In this document: piece by piece, positions 51,875-64,000 of the stretch
How the letters are laid out: every line of letters begins with the position of its first letter
Numbering within the stretch: position 1 is the first letter of the stretch
NCBI GenBank assembly: GCA_038087875.1
Contig: CM075977.1
Coordinates: 115,506,001 to 115,570,000, forward strand
DNA: 64,000 nt
Direction: 5' to 3'
Source of the DNA: Malacoraja senta
Lineage: Eukaryota
The notes under the pieces: generated by a model
The model's input: only the letters and a program-made list of their open reading frames with translations
The model's database searches: none
Told to the model about the DNA's origin: nothing
Made by a program: the position numbers and the translations under genes

Positions 51875-51969
51875 ATTTCTGTTACCACCATCCAACTCTG
51901 CTCCCTACCAACAGGACAAAAAAAATCCGTGCGATCAACTTGTTTTCCCGCACTTTTTGGGCCCGAGAT

Positions 51970-52414
51970 ATGGCAATGGTAGTTAGTACTTGGCGAGCTC
52001 CTCAGGACGACGTGGCCGGAGCTCAGGGCGGCCAGTCTGCACAAGCGCAGCCGGGCCAGCAGCAGCAGGCGGCGTCGGGTGCTCCTCACACCCCGCAGAC
52101 CCCGGGCCAGCCGGGGCCGCCTTCCACCCCGCTCGGAGGCAGCAGTCAGAGTGTCCAGCCAGGCGGCGAGAAGCAGCAGCCCAGCCAGCAGCAGCAACAC
52201 ATCGAGTGTGTCGTGTGTGGGGATAAATCCAGCGGCAAGCACTACGGCCAGTTCACATGTGAGGGCTGCAAAAGTTTCTTCAAGAGAAGTGTTCGGCGAA
52301 ACTTAACGTACACATGTCGTGCCAACCGGAATTGTCCTATAGACCAGCACCATCGCAATCAGTGTCAATACTGTCGCCTGAAGAAATGCCTCAAAGTTGG
52401 GATGAGACGGGAAG
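51970..52414 (+). CDS. NR2F1: COUP-TFI nuclear receptor, coding exon 1 (A/B region + C4 zinc-finger DNA-binding domain)
   Basis: ATG in strong context (gatATGG) giving [15 protein letters not shown]...[72 protein letters not shown]. Ends G|GTGAAT (phase 1 donor). RRNLTY is NR2F1-type (NR2F2 has RRNLSY). Confidence 0.95.
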
Positions 52415-53061
52415 GTGAATATTTATTTTATTAATCGTCGCTGTAAATGTGAGATCAGAGCTTGAAATTTCCCACTGTGTTAATGTGATTTGGTCTTATC
52501 AAATGCTTTGGCGTTTGCTCATCCCAAAACAGAGCAATCTAACCAATTAATTGTAAAATACAATTGATTCTGAAAAAAATAATGCTGGTTGCCAATAGAT
52601 ATTCCCAATAATAAATATATTTTTTCAGTTCGGTTAAGTAAAAAAATATCTCCGATCTCCTAGCTTCAAAGTTGATAGAGTTTAACAATTACAAGCATGG
52701 CTGCATATTTTTGTGGATTCAAATGGTTAATACATCGGTCTTTCCCCCCCACCCCCTGTAATTGTAAGTTAATCGTTTGCATTCATGCATTAGATGTTTG
52801 GAGAATTTTCCAATTGTAACCGTGGGTGGGTGGTACAGTTGGGGGGAGTTTTTGCAATCCAGCGACTCTTTCTGCAATGTTATGTGCTCGCGATTTGTTT
52901 AACAGACATAATGTGGTCTGCTTCGACGGGTAAAGCTATGTTTAGTATTTTTCTATTTTATACATCTTATTCCTATCATGTCGCATATTTAAATTTTGCA
53001 TTAAGAAATTACATTGTTTATCTGTGAACTTTTTTTAAACTGCAATTTATAATTGTAATAA

Positions 53062-53676
<615 letters not shown>

Positions 53677-55134
53677 TAGCTCGAAAGGCGAAGGAGAAAG
53701 AAAGTTCAGTACATTGGATCTAAATCAATAATGCCGTTCACCCGGTGCAGTAACAGTACAGGAGGAGCAAGGAGACATATACCATTTCGGGTTATTTATG
53801 TATGGAGTGATATGAATCAGGCATTATACCAATACATAATTTTATACAGCACGTTTTATTCAACAACTTGATCTAATTGGGAAAAATGATCAGAAAATAT
53901 TACAAATTAATCCTGTTTTGAACACCCCTTGAATCTTCGTAAATTATCCCTTCATCTTGTAATCTGCTGGTAAATAGAACAAAATCAGAGAAAGGTAAAA
54001 CAAAAGAAATAATTGGTCGTGCGATTATTGCAGGAAAATAAAGAATATAGATGTCCCAATGCGTTATATCCGCAATACCACTCCCATCCACCTCCCCACC
54101 GCCACCACGAGTACCTCTTCCAGTTTTGACCAAACTTGTTTTGATTTTTAGCCAGAGGGGAATTCATTGGAAGCCTTTCTGAGAAGCTGTCCAAGTTCTC
54201 CAGAGCGAAGAGTTTTTAGATAATCGAGATGGTGCTTTTTTTGCCATTTTCTTTCCCGCTGGTCTGTGAGTGAAGGCCGCTTCAAGTTACTGAAGCCTGC
54301 ATTAGGATTGTTGTGGTTTTACCTTAGTTTCTGGATAGCATTTTCAACCTCTCGTTCTGGACGCTGTCCAAGTGCGGGGTCGTGACCCAAACGTCCTATT
54401 TTACTATATTAATTCACATGCTAAAATACGAGTTCTACGCGGATAAATTAAAGCTTTTACAAATCGTCCAAGATCTTTTCCTGAAATAAAGCGTAATAAT
54501 CTGGTGCTTTTTGCTCCACAAAACGTTTCAAATTCGACAGGGTTCAGCAAATATCGCACACTATTTATTGGATTATTTTTATTCACCAAACGTTATTTCA
54601 CAGAACATGTGTGTAAAACCACAGCCACCAGGCACTAGGATTAACCTTGTCTTCATTAGACTATATTTCTATATTCATTGGAAAGCGTTGCGTACAATAT
54701 AGCCACTTCGTTAACATAGTTGCCGTACCAAACTGCCAGAAAAAGGAGAGATTTCACAGCATATAACGATTGTCCTTTTTGTGTGAGTGATGTATGCGTG
54801 GTTAGTACGTCTTGCTTTTTATACTTGTTTCATCTAATTCGGTACTCGGTTATACTGTGTTCTGTAGAATTAATTGAAAATAAACGGCATCGAAGTGGAA
54901 TGCACAGAAAGTATGCTGTAAACAATAACACATACCAGTATCTATCACACAATGTTCCCGGACACTGGTGTCTCTTGCTCGGTTCTCTGTGGGAAATGGC
55001 GTACATCTGTACTTATTATTTAAGAGTGCCTTTGTTACCGTTAATCCAATGTTTCTGCTGTTTTTTATGCCAACAAAATGAAATATTTACAGCAGAAAAG
55101 ATTCGCGTTATCAGAACCTAGTTCTTGGAGAGGA

Positions 55135-55210
55135 GTGTGTGTGTGTGTGTGTGTGGGGGGGGGGAGACAGAGAGAGAAAGAGAGAAAGAGAGAAGTGGGG
55201 GGGGAGGGAG
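55135..55210 (+). repeat. (GT)n-poly(G)-(GA)n compound repeat in NR2F1 intron 2
   Basis: Directly visible, about 100 nt upstream of the exon 3 acceptor. Confidence 0.9.
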
Positions 55211-55247
55211 TGTATGGATTGATATCAAAACAATAAACCAGGATTAA

Positions 55248-55580
<333 letters not shown>

Positions 55581-56140
55581 TGAGAGAAGGACACCCCTCC
55601 CCAAACAAAACAAAAAAAAACAAAAGCATTTTAGGCGAGACACCCTCTCTATTCAAGGACTTGAAAGTTCCTATAGGATGATATCTGTGAAAATAAAAGG
55701 ACCTTCCAAGAGGCCAAGCTGTTGACTGTGGGATTTATTCTGTGAAAATGAACTGAACTGCATCATATGTAGAACTACACTTACCACAAGCATTGTTTAT
55801 CATTTTGTAAAATATTAGTCTTTATTTTCTTTTTTGTAAAATTAAAAAAAAAAACATCGTATGCGCATTTTAAAACAAATCAGAAATTAGGGGGAAAATA
55901 ACATTTTCCAAATAATTATAAAATTGTCCTGTGTCTGTGTATCTATATCTGTTTTGTATTTTTTTTTCCTGGTTCCAAACCAGGTTTTCTGTGATTCTAT
56001 ACTAATTTTTTTATACGACCTTTTGCTTCATATAACGAGTGCGATTTATGTCGTCAAAACTATGTTCTCCAAGAATTAAAATTGAAATCCGAATTAAACA
56101 AATAAATACAAGAATTTAGCACAGCATTTAAAATAAAGGA
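55581..56140 (+). other. NR2F1 3'UTR (minimum extent) with candidate polyadenylation signals
   Basis: U/A-rich sequence after the stop; AATAAA at 55692, 56101 and 56132 (another near 56505). True 3' end cannot be determined from sequence alone. Confidence 0.6.
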
Positions 56141-59100
56141 AACTTTGTCGCTTTAAGCGTATCGAATAGTCCTGCAGTATTGGCGAAACTGACGTTTTAA
56201 AAAGTGATCAGATTATTAGAGAGCACTCCGAAATGTTAATAGAAAAAACGTGTTTTTAAACTCTCACGCAGTGGACCCCCTAAAGAACATTTGTATTCTG
56301 TGTCGATTCCCATTGCCTCTGTAGTTTTGGTCTGAGTGTCCAAGGCACTTCTCTCTTTCATTTAACAAAGGTCTCCATGAACTCTGAAAGTAGTTTGACT
56401 GAAACTGCTCATTTATATTCAGGACTATCTTGATTAAAGTTTTATTTTGTTTATGAGAACCGCCCCCATCCTACCTCCGCATTGTCTCCGAATTTCCACG
56501 TGGAAATAAAAAGTAAATTTTCCCTGTATGCCCCCACCCCAAGACTCTGAAGTACCATTCATCTCCCAGTTTTTAATCATGTAACCAAACTTTCCTATCA
56601 CTACTGCCAAGCCTGTTTACCTGTAGTTTTTTTTAAAGAAACAACGTCTAGCAAAAAAAAAGTACAAGCGCTGTACTCTTGCAAAAGCTGTACTGTGGCG
56701 TTGACTTGTTCTGTTGGTATGATGGAATATTCTTGTAAAAATGGTTGTTATGTTGGAACAGTTACAAAAGTGATATAAAAGAGATCTATCGTAGCTGTGT
56801 CTGTGTTATTCATCTCAGTTCGATGATCTACAATATACATTTTAGAGCACTCCCATCCCAGATATATTTGGAAAATAATCTGCCTTAACACTCACATAAA
56901 TGTTGTGTTCCCTCCTCATCCTCTAAATAAGACATTAAAGTTATATAGTGGTTACAGGATTTTAAAAAAATATTCGGAAGAAGATTTGAAAACCCTATCG
57001 CTTCCAAGCAGTGTAGATGTAAAGACTGCTGTGCCTTGTCCAGGGAAGGCTGTTGTAGATTTCAGTTGCTGCTTTCATTAATGTTTTATAATCCGGGTCA
57101 AAGCTCCAGCACACACTGTCATGGGAGAGCTTTAACAACTCTGCATCGAAATTAAACGTAACAGCCAACCCCGAGCAAAGCACCACAAGGCACATTGTGA
57201 ATCTGAGAGAGTGGCTGCAAATGTCTGTGTGTTAGTGGGAGTGAAAGTATATTGTACGTGTGTATGTGTGAAATGTTTGTGCGTGTGTACGTGTGTGTGC
57301 ACTTTCAGTTTCCTCTCCAAGCTTTCTATTTCTATTTACATTTAACGAGAATCTGCTATCTGGCCGCTTGGGGTTTTTAACATTCTAGTCGCAAAGCTCC
57401 GGGATACACAAGGCGATGCCCATAGACTCTTTTAGATGGAATAATTAACGTGTAAATGGATTGTCTATATACGTTTTCCTGCACTTGTTTATATGCAGTG
57501 ATAAACAGCATATGCAGCAATACTGTACATACATGCCTACGCAGTCAAGATGAAACAACCCCCCCCCCCCCAAAAAAATAAACATTGATGTGCACACCCT
57601 GGTTATACTTACCATTCTGGATATTTCAGGGTAATTTCAGGGAGCTTGACTACAACTTATTGTCTGTTCTCGCTATTAGCGTTGTCACCAGGCCTCTGCC
57701 TCCTTCAACCCCGACTTTTACATCCCCTTGCACGGCCGCCCATCGACATCAAAGCCATAATAGATTATTTTAAATTTCATCGTTTCACCGTTAAATCCAA
57801 TTAAAATACTTTAAAAACTTGTAGTACAGAGCAAGGCAGAGGCGTCCTGTGGTATTCCATGTCAGTTACTGTGGGGGTAGTAATTGCGTTCCAAATTTTT
57901 TTTTAATTGTATTTTGAAGCTCTGTTTCTAATTATTTGTTTGAATTCCCATTTTTAAGCACATTTTTTTTTTCTATTTCATGACTCTGATTGTGAGGCGT
58001 AAGACTGGATTCCGGCATATGTTACAAACCCATCCCTTAATACCGCGCGATTCCACTCTACAGAAATTAACAGTTTTGACGTTGTCTGTGATGGCATTGA
58101 ACACGCAATTCTGCCACTGTGTAAATACTGAATTCCACTTTCTTTATGCTAAAGCCATGTTTGTACATTGGGCACATGTTGTTTAATAACTGATAGCGTA
58201 TTTTTCTTATTACCGTCTACTTAAAATCTCCGCAGACATTTTGTGAAATTGACAAAATGTCAGTATCTGAACTCAATCAGCTTAAGGCTTTATTCTCAAA
58301 ATGTTGTCTTGTTTTATTTTTAATTTACATTTTCTATTTAAGAAATGCAACCGAGCCGCTATCTCCGTAGATTTTCAGTCCAATACAAATAATTTGAATA
58401 TTCAAATATTAATAGGGTTTTTTTCAAAAGCAAACTTCGGATCATTACTAAAAACATATCGACCTTTAAACTGGAAATGAAGGTTAATTTCAACTCTAGA
58501 TGCCTGAATTCAACATTTATTGTTACATTTGACGATGTATTGTGATACAGGCTCTGTAAATCGCCGATTGTATTGAGGATGACGAACATATTTATATTAA
58601 AGGCTGTCCATCTCTTGGAGAAAGCGTAGTCCACGCAAATGCTTTGATAGCATGTGAAGCCATGATCATTTATACCAGATGGTAGCAAACAAATATGGCG
58701 TCTTTAAAGCATTAAAAGCATTACCTAAAATAACATTGTCTACCGACCATTTTCAGTCTTTACACGTAAAAGCGGAACAGAAACAAAGCATGTTGGCCAC
58801 AAAATCCATAGTTCAATTTCTGTCGTTCAGATTTATTTTACAAAAAAGCTGGGAATTATACAGTGTGTGGCCAATCTGCCTGGTACGTAGATTGTACTTA
58901 CGTGTCCTGGAGGTTGTTCTCCAGCTACTTATATTTGTATTATTTACCTGTACTCTGCGTACCACAATGATTTATTTCTATCAAAATTGTGAATTTTTTG
59001 TGTAATAAAACACATTTCCACACACTACTGTTTCCCAATTTAAATGCTCCTTTCTGTTAATTTCCTATTTTAAATAAAATTTCGCAAATGATTTAATTTT

Positions 59101-62100
59101 TAATCATGCTGTTCTTTTCTCCCCAATAAATTCTTCTGCAGTTAAAAGCAGGACTCAAATTATTTTACCGAGAAGGATCTAACATGCTGTGACATCGTGA
59201 CTTTTAACCATTGACTTTGCAGTGTGGTTAATATGAGAGGATGGATTAGTGTCATGCCTTAGGAATAAACTCTAAATGAAATAAGACCCTGAATTAAGGA
59301 AAGATGTTTCAGAAATTAAAATAAGCCAACAATCTAGGAAGTTTAAAGGGTGATTTAGGAGGTGGAGTTAGGTAGTAGTTGGAGCAATAACATATCCCGA
59401 GCTTTACATACCAGCAACTGAAATTGTAAAGCTGGTCCTTTTTTGAAGAAGAGGTGTTACATGTTTAAGAAAATGGAGACTGGTAATTGATGAGGGGGGG
59501 GGGGGATATATTGCCACCATTGCATAAATTAATCCGAACATGAGTCTGAACAATTAAATGCTGGATGAGTGTATGTTAGTGTACTTTTTAATAAAAACAT
59601 GAAGCCAGCTGTGTATTGTTCGTATAATAAATGATGTTTCAGCTTGGAAATATGTTTTATTATTTCACAAAACATTGCACTTCTTATTTTTAAAAAGAAG
59701 AAAAGAAGTATATTTCTGTCAAATTATTGAGCTGTTGATGCAGAATTCAGTTGGGTCTCATCCTCCATTCCGCCCCATACTTTTGCCCTGAATTATCACA
59801 AACATCATTCCCCAATCCCGTGTTTGCTTCGATTCTCATTTAAGCGCGCGTCTTGTCTTTCATACTACTCCATGTTTTTTATTGTGAAACTCACTGTTTG
59901 GACTATACCTACTGAAACACCCCATCTTTCCTCTTGGTTCTTGGAATTCTTGAACCCACTTTCCTGAAGCATTGCTGGAATCTCCGTTTGTCCCTGAATT
60001 TTCGCACTTGTGTTGACTCTCGTTTATGTCCTGAATTCACTTCGGAGACTTATTTTTATCTTCCTCTCGGCTTTATTTGTCCTTTAAATACTTACTTTTA
60101 TGTCCCCTTTACCATTTTCGTTTTTAACTTCACCACTTAATTCACCACATCACACCCTCCACCCCCTCCCTTACACCGCCTCATATCACAATTAATTTCC
60201 CCACGTAGCTGATTTCAGATTCTCCAATGGATTGCTGGTGTTTTTCAGGTGTATTTTAAGCTGATGTAACCATAATGTTTGTTTAAAAAATCAAAAAGGA
60301 AGTCCCTTAGGGATCTAACTATGTAAAGGCTAAGTACTGTCTGTCTGTTGTTTGAACCATTTATTTTAAAATGTTTATTGCGGTTCAAGTTGAGCGAATT
60401 GAATTTATTTTCATTCCACCTGTCTATTTTCACCGCTTAACTCCTGCCACTTTTTCTTGCAGTTTGAGAACGCTTTAACACTAACAGATTAAAAAGATAT
60501 TTGATCGGCCTGATTGTGAGCTGCAGAGCGAATCCCTTGGTGTTATATTCAATATGGTTTTGGAGAAAGCAGAGGGTTGAGAATAATCCTGAAAAGTAGT
60601 TAGTGTTCAAAAACACGCAGATTGGACGCACCCACCTCTTCGTACTTGTCAAGAAGGGTGGTTTTATTTTACAGACAAATGCCACTTGTCAAATAGGAAA
60701 AGTGCGTTTTAGTTGTTAAATTCTCGCACATCCGAACCAACTATTATCACAAAACAAATCTATTAATCTCCGTGCGTGTGGTGGAAGTTAGAACTCGTTT
60801 AATTTTTGCACTGATGATCTAGTGACCATTGTAATTGAGTGACATTTGAAATTAATGGCAAAATGTGGGTGAAGGAGTGGAAACTAATAAAACTCTTTTT
60901 TTAAATAGCGACTTGTTCTGGGTACATGGCGTCTCCGTGTCTTTCACTTAGAGAGCCAAGAGTTTTATTCCTAAATGAGTTAAAGACCCATTTACCGATG
61001 TCGTGTTCTATTCATCAACCTACAAGTCGAGAGTCTTACATGAAACTATTTGTTTGCTTACACAACCAGCTGGGCGCAATTTCACGTCTGAGATATCCAT
61101 CTGAAAGCGACTCTCATTTATTATACCCACTTGTCAGGAAAACGTTTCAAACCCCACACCGATGAATCCGAATTCCAGCGTCCACCCACTCCATAAAAAA
61201 ATCAGCCTGAAAAAGTTCACATCACACATTTCAGTATCTTTAGAAGAGAGTGGACAAGTGCACAACCCGGATTCGTGTCGTGTCAGCCACTGGAAACTCC
61301 ATTAGGTCCTTCTGCGGACGTTCTGATTAAAGAGAGGCACGATCGCCATTTATTTAATTGCAATTCAAAATTGTTGGCCTAGGGAAGGAAGCCCATCTAA
61401 TTTTCAAACAGTGATAAGTTTTCTTTCGGCCATTGCTCAGACAAACAAAAAACGCAGTCGAATATCGTATATTTAGAAGACAACACCTTTTCCAAATATC
61501 TGCGCAAATAATTATTGTCCGTTTTATCACAATCCAAATTATCACATGTATGGCATGGCACCATGCGAACTATTCAATGGTTATTGCAATGCAAAAGGTA
61601 TTGCACTTTATCAAGAAAATATTTATGCTGTAGGCAGACTATCTGTGTGTGTGTGTGTGTGCACTGGGATGGGCATTATGTGGAGAGTAGATTTGGGTGA
61701 GGTTGGGTAACACATGTTAGATGCATTCAGATTGCTTGGTCAACAGCATTGCTCTGGATTGCAGATGTGTTTTCTTTCTTAAACAGTTCACGAGAATGGT
61801 CTGATATAAACGCCGCTTACGTGACAACTGGGTTTAAACTTAAAAATGGACTTTCCAGCAAAATGTATTTTTAAAAAACATTGTGGCTTCTGTCTTTCTC
61901 CCTCGCCCGTCCCACCCCACCCCAGCAACCAGCTATGAAAACCACCCCCACCTCCTTCATCCACCCCCCCCCCCATCCCACCTCCCCTCAAATACAGGTC
62001 ACCTATCATGATCCAAACTGTTACCGAGCAAGATAACGTCTGCATAATTGTGTATGTACATGTCTAGAATCTCAGATCAAGCTGCGGCAATGGATTAAAA

Positions 62101-64000
62101 ATAAATGCTACCGGATATTAAGCACCCCATCCGTAAAGGATTTTGTGAAATGGGGCTGCAGAGATGCATTCTGTAAGCGAACCATTTGTGTTGATTTAGG
62201 AAGACGTTTGCTGTATATAACGTTCAGGGGTGATAATATCATTGCTTGGCTAGATAAAACATTGCCCAAACCAATGGGTCAGGTATCGATCGCTGCACAC
62301 ACAGACACGCAGCTTCAGTTTCCACGGCAGAGCCACATTAGCATTCTCGGCCCATGGACCCGCACTGACAACTAACAGAGATATCCACGTCCTCACTATT
62401 TATTCCCTCATTTCGTCTTCATTTTATTTTCTGCTGGGGCTCAAATTTCCACACATGTTGCAAACGGTGTTTTATGGCAGAAATAATAATCGATCCAGTC
62501 TAGAGAAGAACACAGCCGTGTCTAGAGCTGCACGGGGCACATGTTTATGTGGCCTACATGATATTTCGTCCGGATTTGTCCTTTTCATTTATTACCTTGA
62601 TAATCACATGTTAAATGAATGAAATGAATAAAGCAATCAGGCGCATTTTTGGCACCAAGCATTAAATTGTGGTTTCACACGCCGTGTGACGCTGTCCATT
62701 TATTCAGCTGTCACTATTTCGCCCGAGTTTCTCTCATTTGATTTCTCATTAATAACTACACTCATTACATAAGAACGGAGTCATTATACGCCAAGTCAGG
62801 ATCAACGTGCTGAGTCTGGGAAAGTACTTCACGTTTTACTGATGCACCCAACCGGTATCACTATGCACTGGTAAATATGTTAGTCTGCCTTCTTCGTGAC
62901 TTGTTATAACTGTTGCATATTTTAACCATAGTTAATGCCCTTCCAAATAAACCTTAAGAGTCAAAGCAATCAACAATTAAAATAATTGAAGCAAGGTTCT
63001 CACAAATTTGCAACATACATTATCTGAAAGAACAGCAGTTATGTGATATTTTTTAAACAGTAATTCTCATCGCTCAGACTTCCAAGTTTTTGTTTTGCTC
63101 TAAGCCTTGTTCCTCGCTTGCTTTGTTGTTTTAAAATATGCATGTCGCTCAGGAATGCAAGTCACGAGTCCAAACTTTGTGTCCAACCTCCCACATGAAA
63201 TGATCCTTTTATAAGGAACCCGATATGTCTCAATCTGCACTTAACTGGGAGCCTTTGGGTTTGGAGCAGTAAGTCCCTTCTCAAAAAAAAACATTGCACC
63301 GAGATTGCATCCAAAACACCAGGCTTTTTTTCCACAGGGAAGAGATGTAGCACACATAATTAAAGAAGGCAGCGGCCAGAGGGGGATGTCTGCAAAAAGT
63401 AAGCGCTTTATTTCTATTGAGATTGGAGTTAGGTTGTCATTAAGTACAAATTTATCAACACGTGGCATGTGCATCTCAGTGATATTTACGTGTGTGTGAG
63501 TGTGTGAGTACGTGCGCGCGACAGAGAAAAGGAGAAGAGGCAGACGGAAATGAAAGTAAAAGATTGCAAACAAAAGTAAAAGATTTATAACGGCACGGTT
63601 GTGGAATAAGCCTAGCGAATTTACATGGAAACATATTTACGAATTGTGTCAAATGCCATTAAAAACAGAGTTCTAAAAGAATAATAATTAAAAATGCAAA
63701 CTCAAATGAGGGAACAATATAGTGCATTGGATGGGTGGCGGATGGGAGGTTGATTTGTGGGAAGAAGGACTAGTTTTGGGTGCAGGGAATGGTAAAGTAA
63801 ATGGAAACATGCAGACCACTAATGAAGGGCAGAATGGAGACACTTCACTTGAAGTTCAAGCGGATAAATGAGATGCTTTCGGTTGTAATGTCGCTGTAGC
63901 CTCGACACTGTGAGTATAAACAGGGCGAAACCTTAAACAGTCAGTGGCAACGTCAGGAGATTCCTTCTGTTATACACTCTGATCACAGTGACGTCAATAC

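Noticed and set aside
51787-51969. In-frame N-terminal extension of exon 1 in the ORF track ([10 protein letters not shown]...)
   Set aside because: Starts at TTG and merely reads through the (CT)n repeat; the true start is the conserved MAMVV ATG at 51970.
51739-52242. 167-aa antisense ORF over exon 1
   Set aside because: Shadow of GC-rich coding sequence plus the GA repeat (ERERE); non-ATG start, no recognisable domain.
63370-63390. CTCF-like motif GCGGCCAGAGGGGGA
   Set aside because: Mismatches at key consensus positions; cannot be supported without a PWM scan or ChIP.

Overview
Vertebrate genomic DNA, most likely from a cartilaginous fish such as a skate or ray (inferred from the repeat families: HE1-like tRNA/V-SINEs, CR1 LINEs with (CTATTGT)n tails, abundant Penelope-like fragments). 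The only protein-coding gene I can support is a complete three-exon COUP-TF nuclear receptor on the + strand, best matching NR2F1/COUP-TFI (CDS 51970-52414, 53144-53671, 55306-55580; 1248 nt, 415 aa). The window has two halves. Positions ~1-36.8 kb are gene desert packed with nested transposon relics (CR1, Penelope-like, Rex1/Babar, RTE-X-like, SINEs, Harbinger MITEs, non-autonomous Helitrons) and a few unique CNE-like islands. Positions ~36.8-64 kb have no recognisable transposons and, from ~40.7 kb, retain CpG, as expected for the regulatory domain of a developmental transcription factor. The main observations are a Helitron carrying a near-intact LINE 3' end, a Penelope-associated minimal hammerhead ribozyme, a DR1-TATA/CArG core promoter, a candidate 5'UTR intron that would remove two uORFs, and triloop hairpins in the 3'UTR. 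There is a 186-nt assembly gap at 49588-49773. I found no evidence for a wholly new coding system; nearly all short ORFs in the track are TE fragments or noise.
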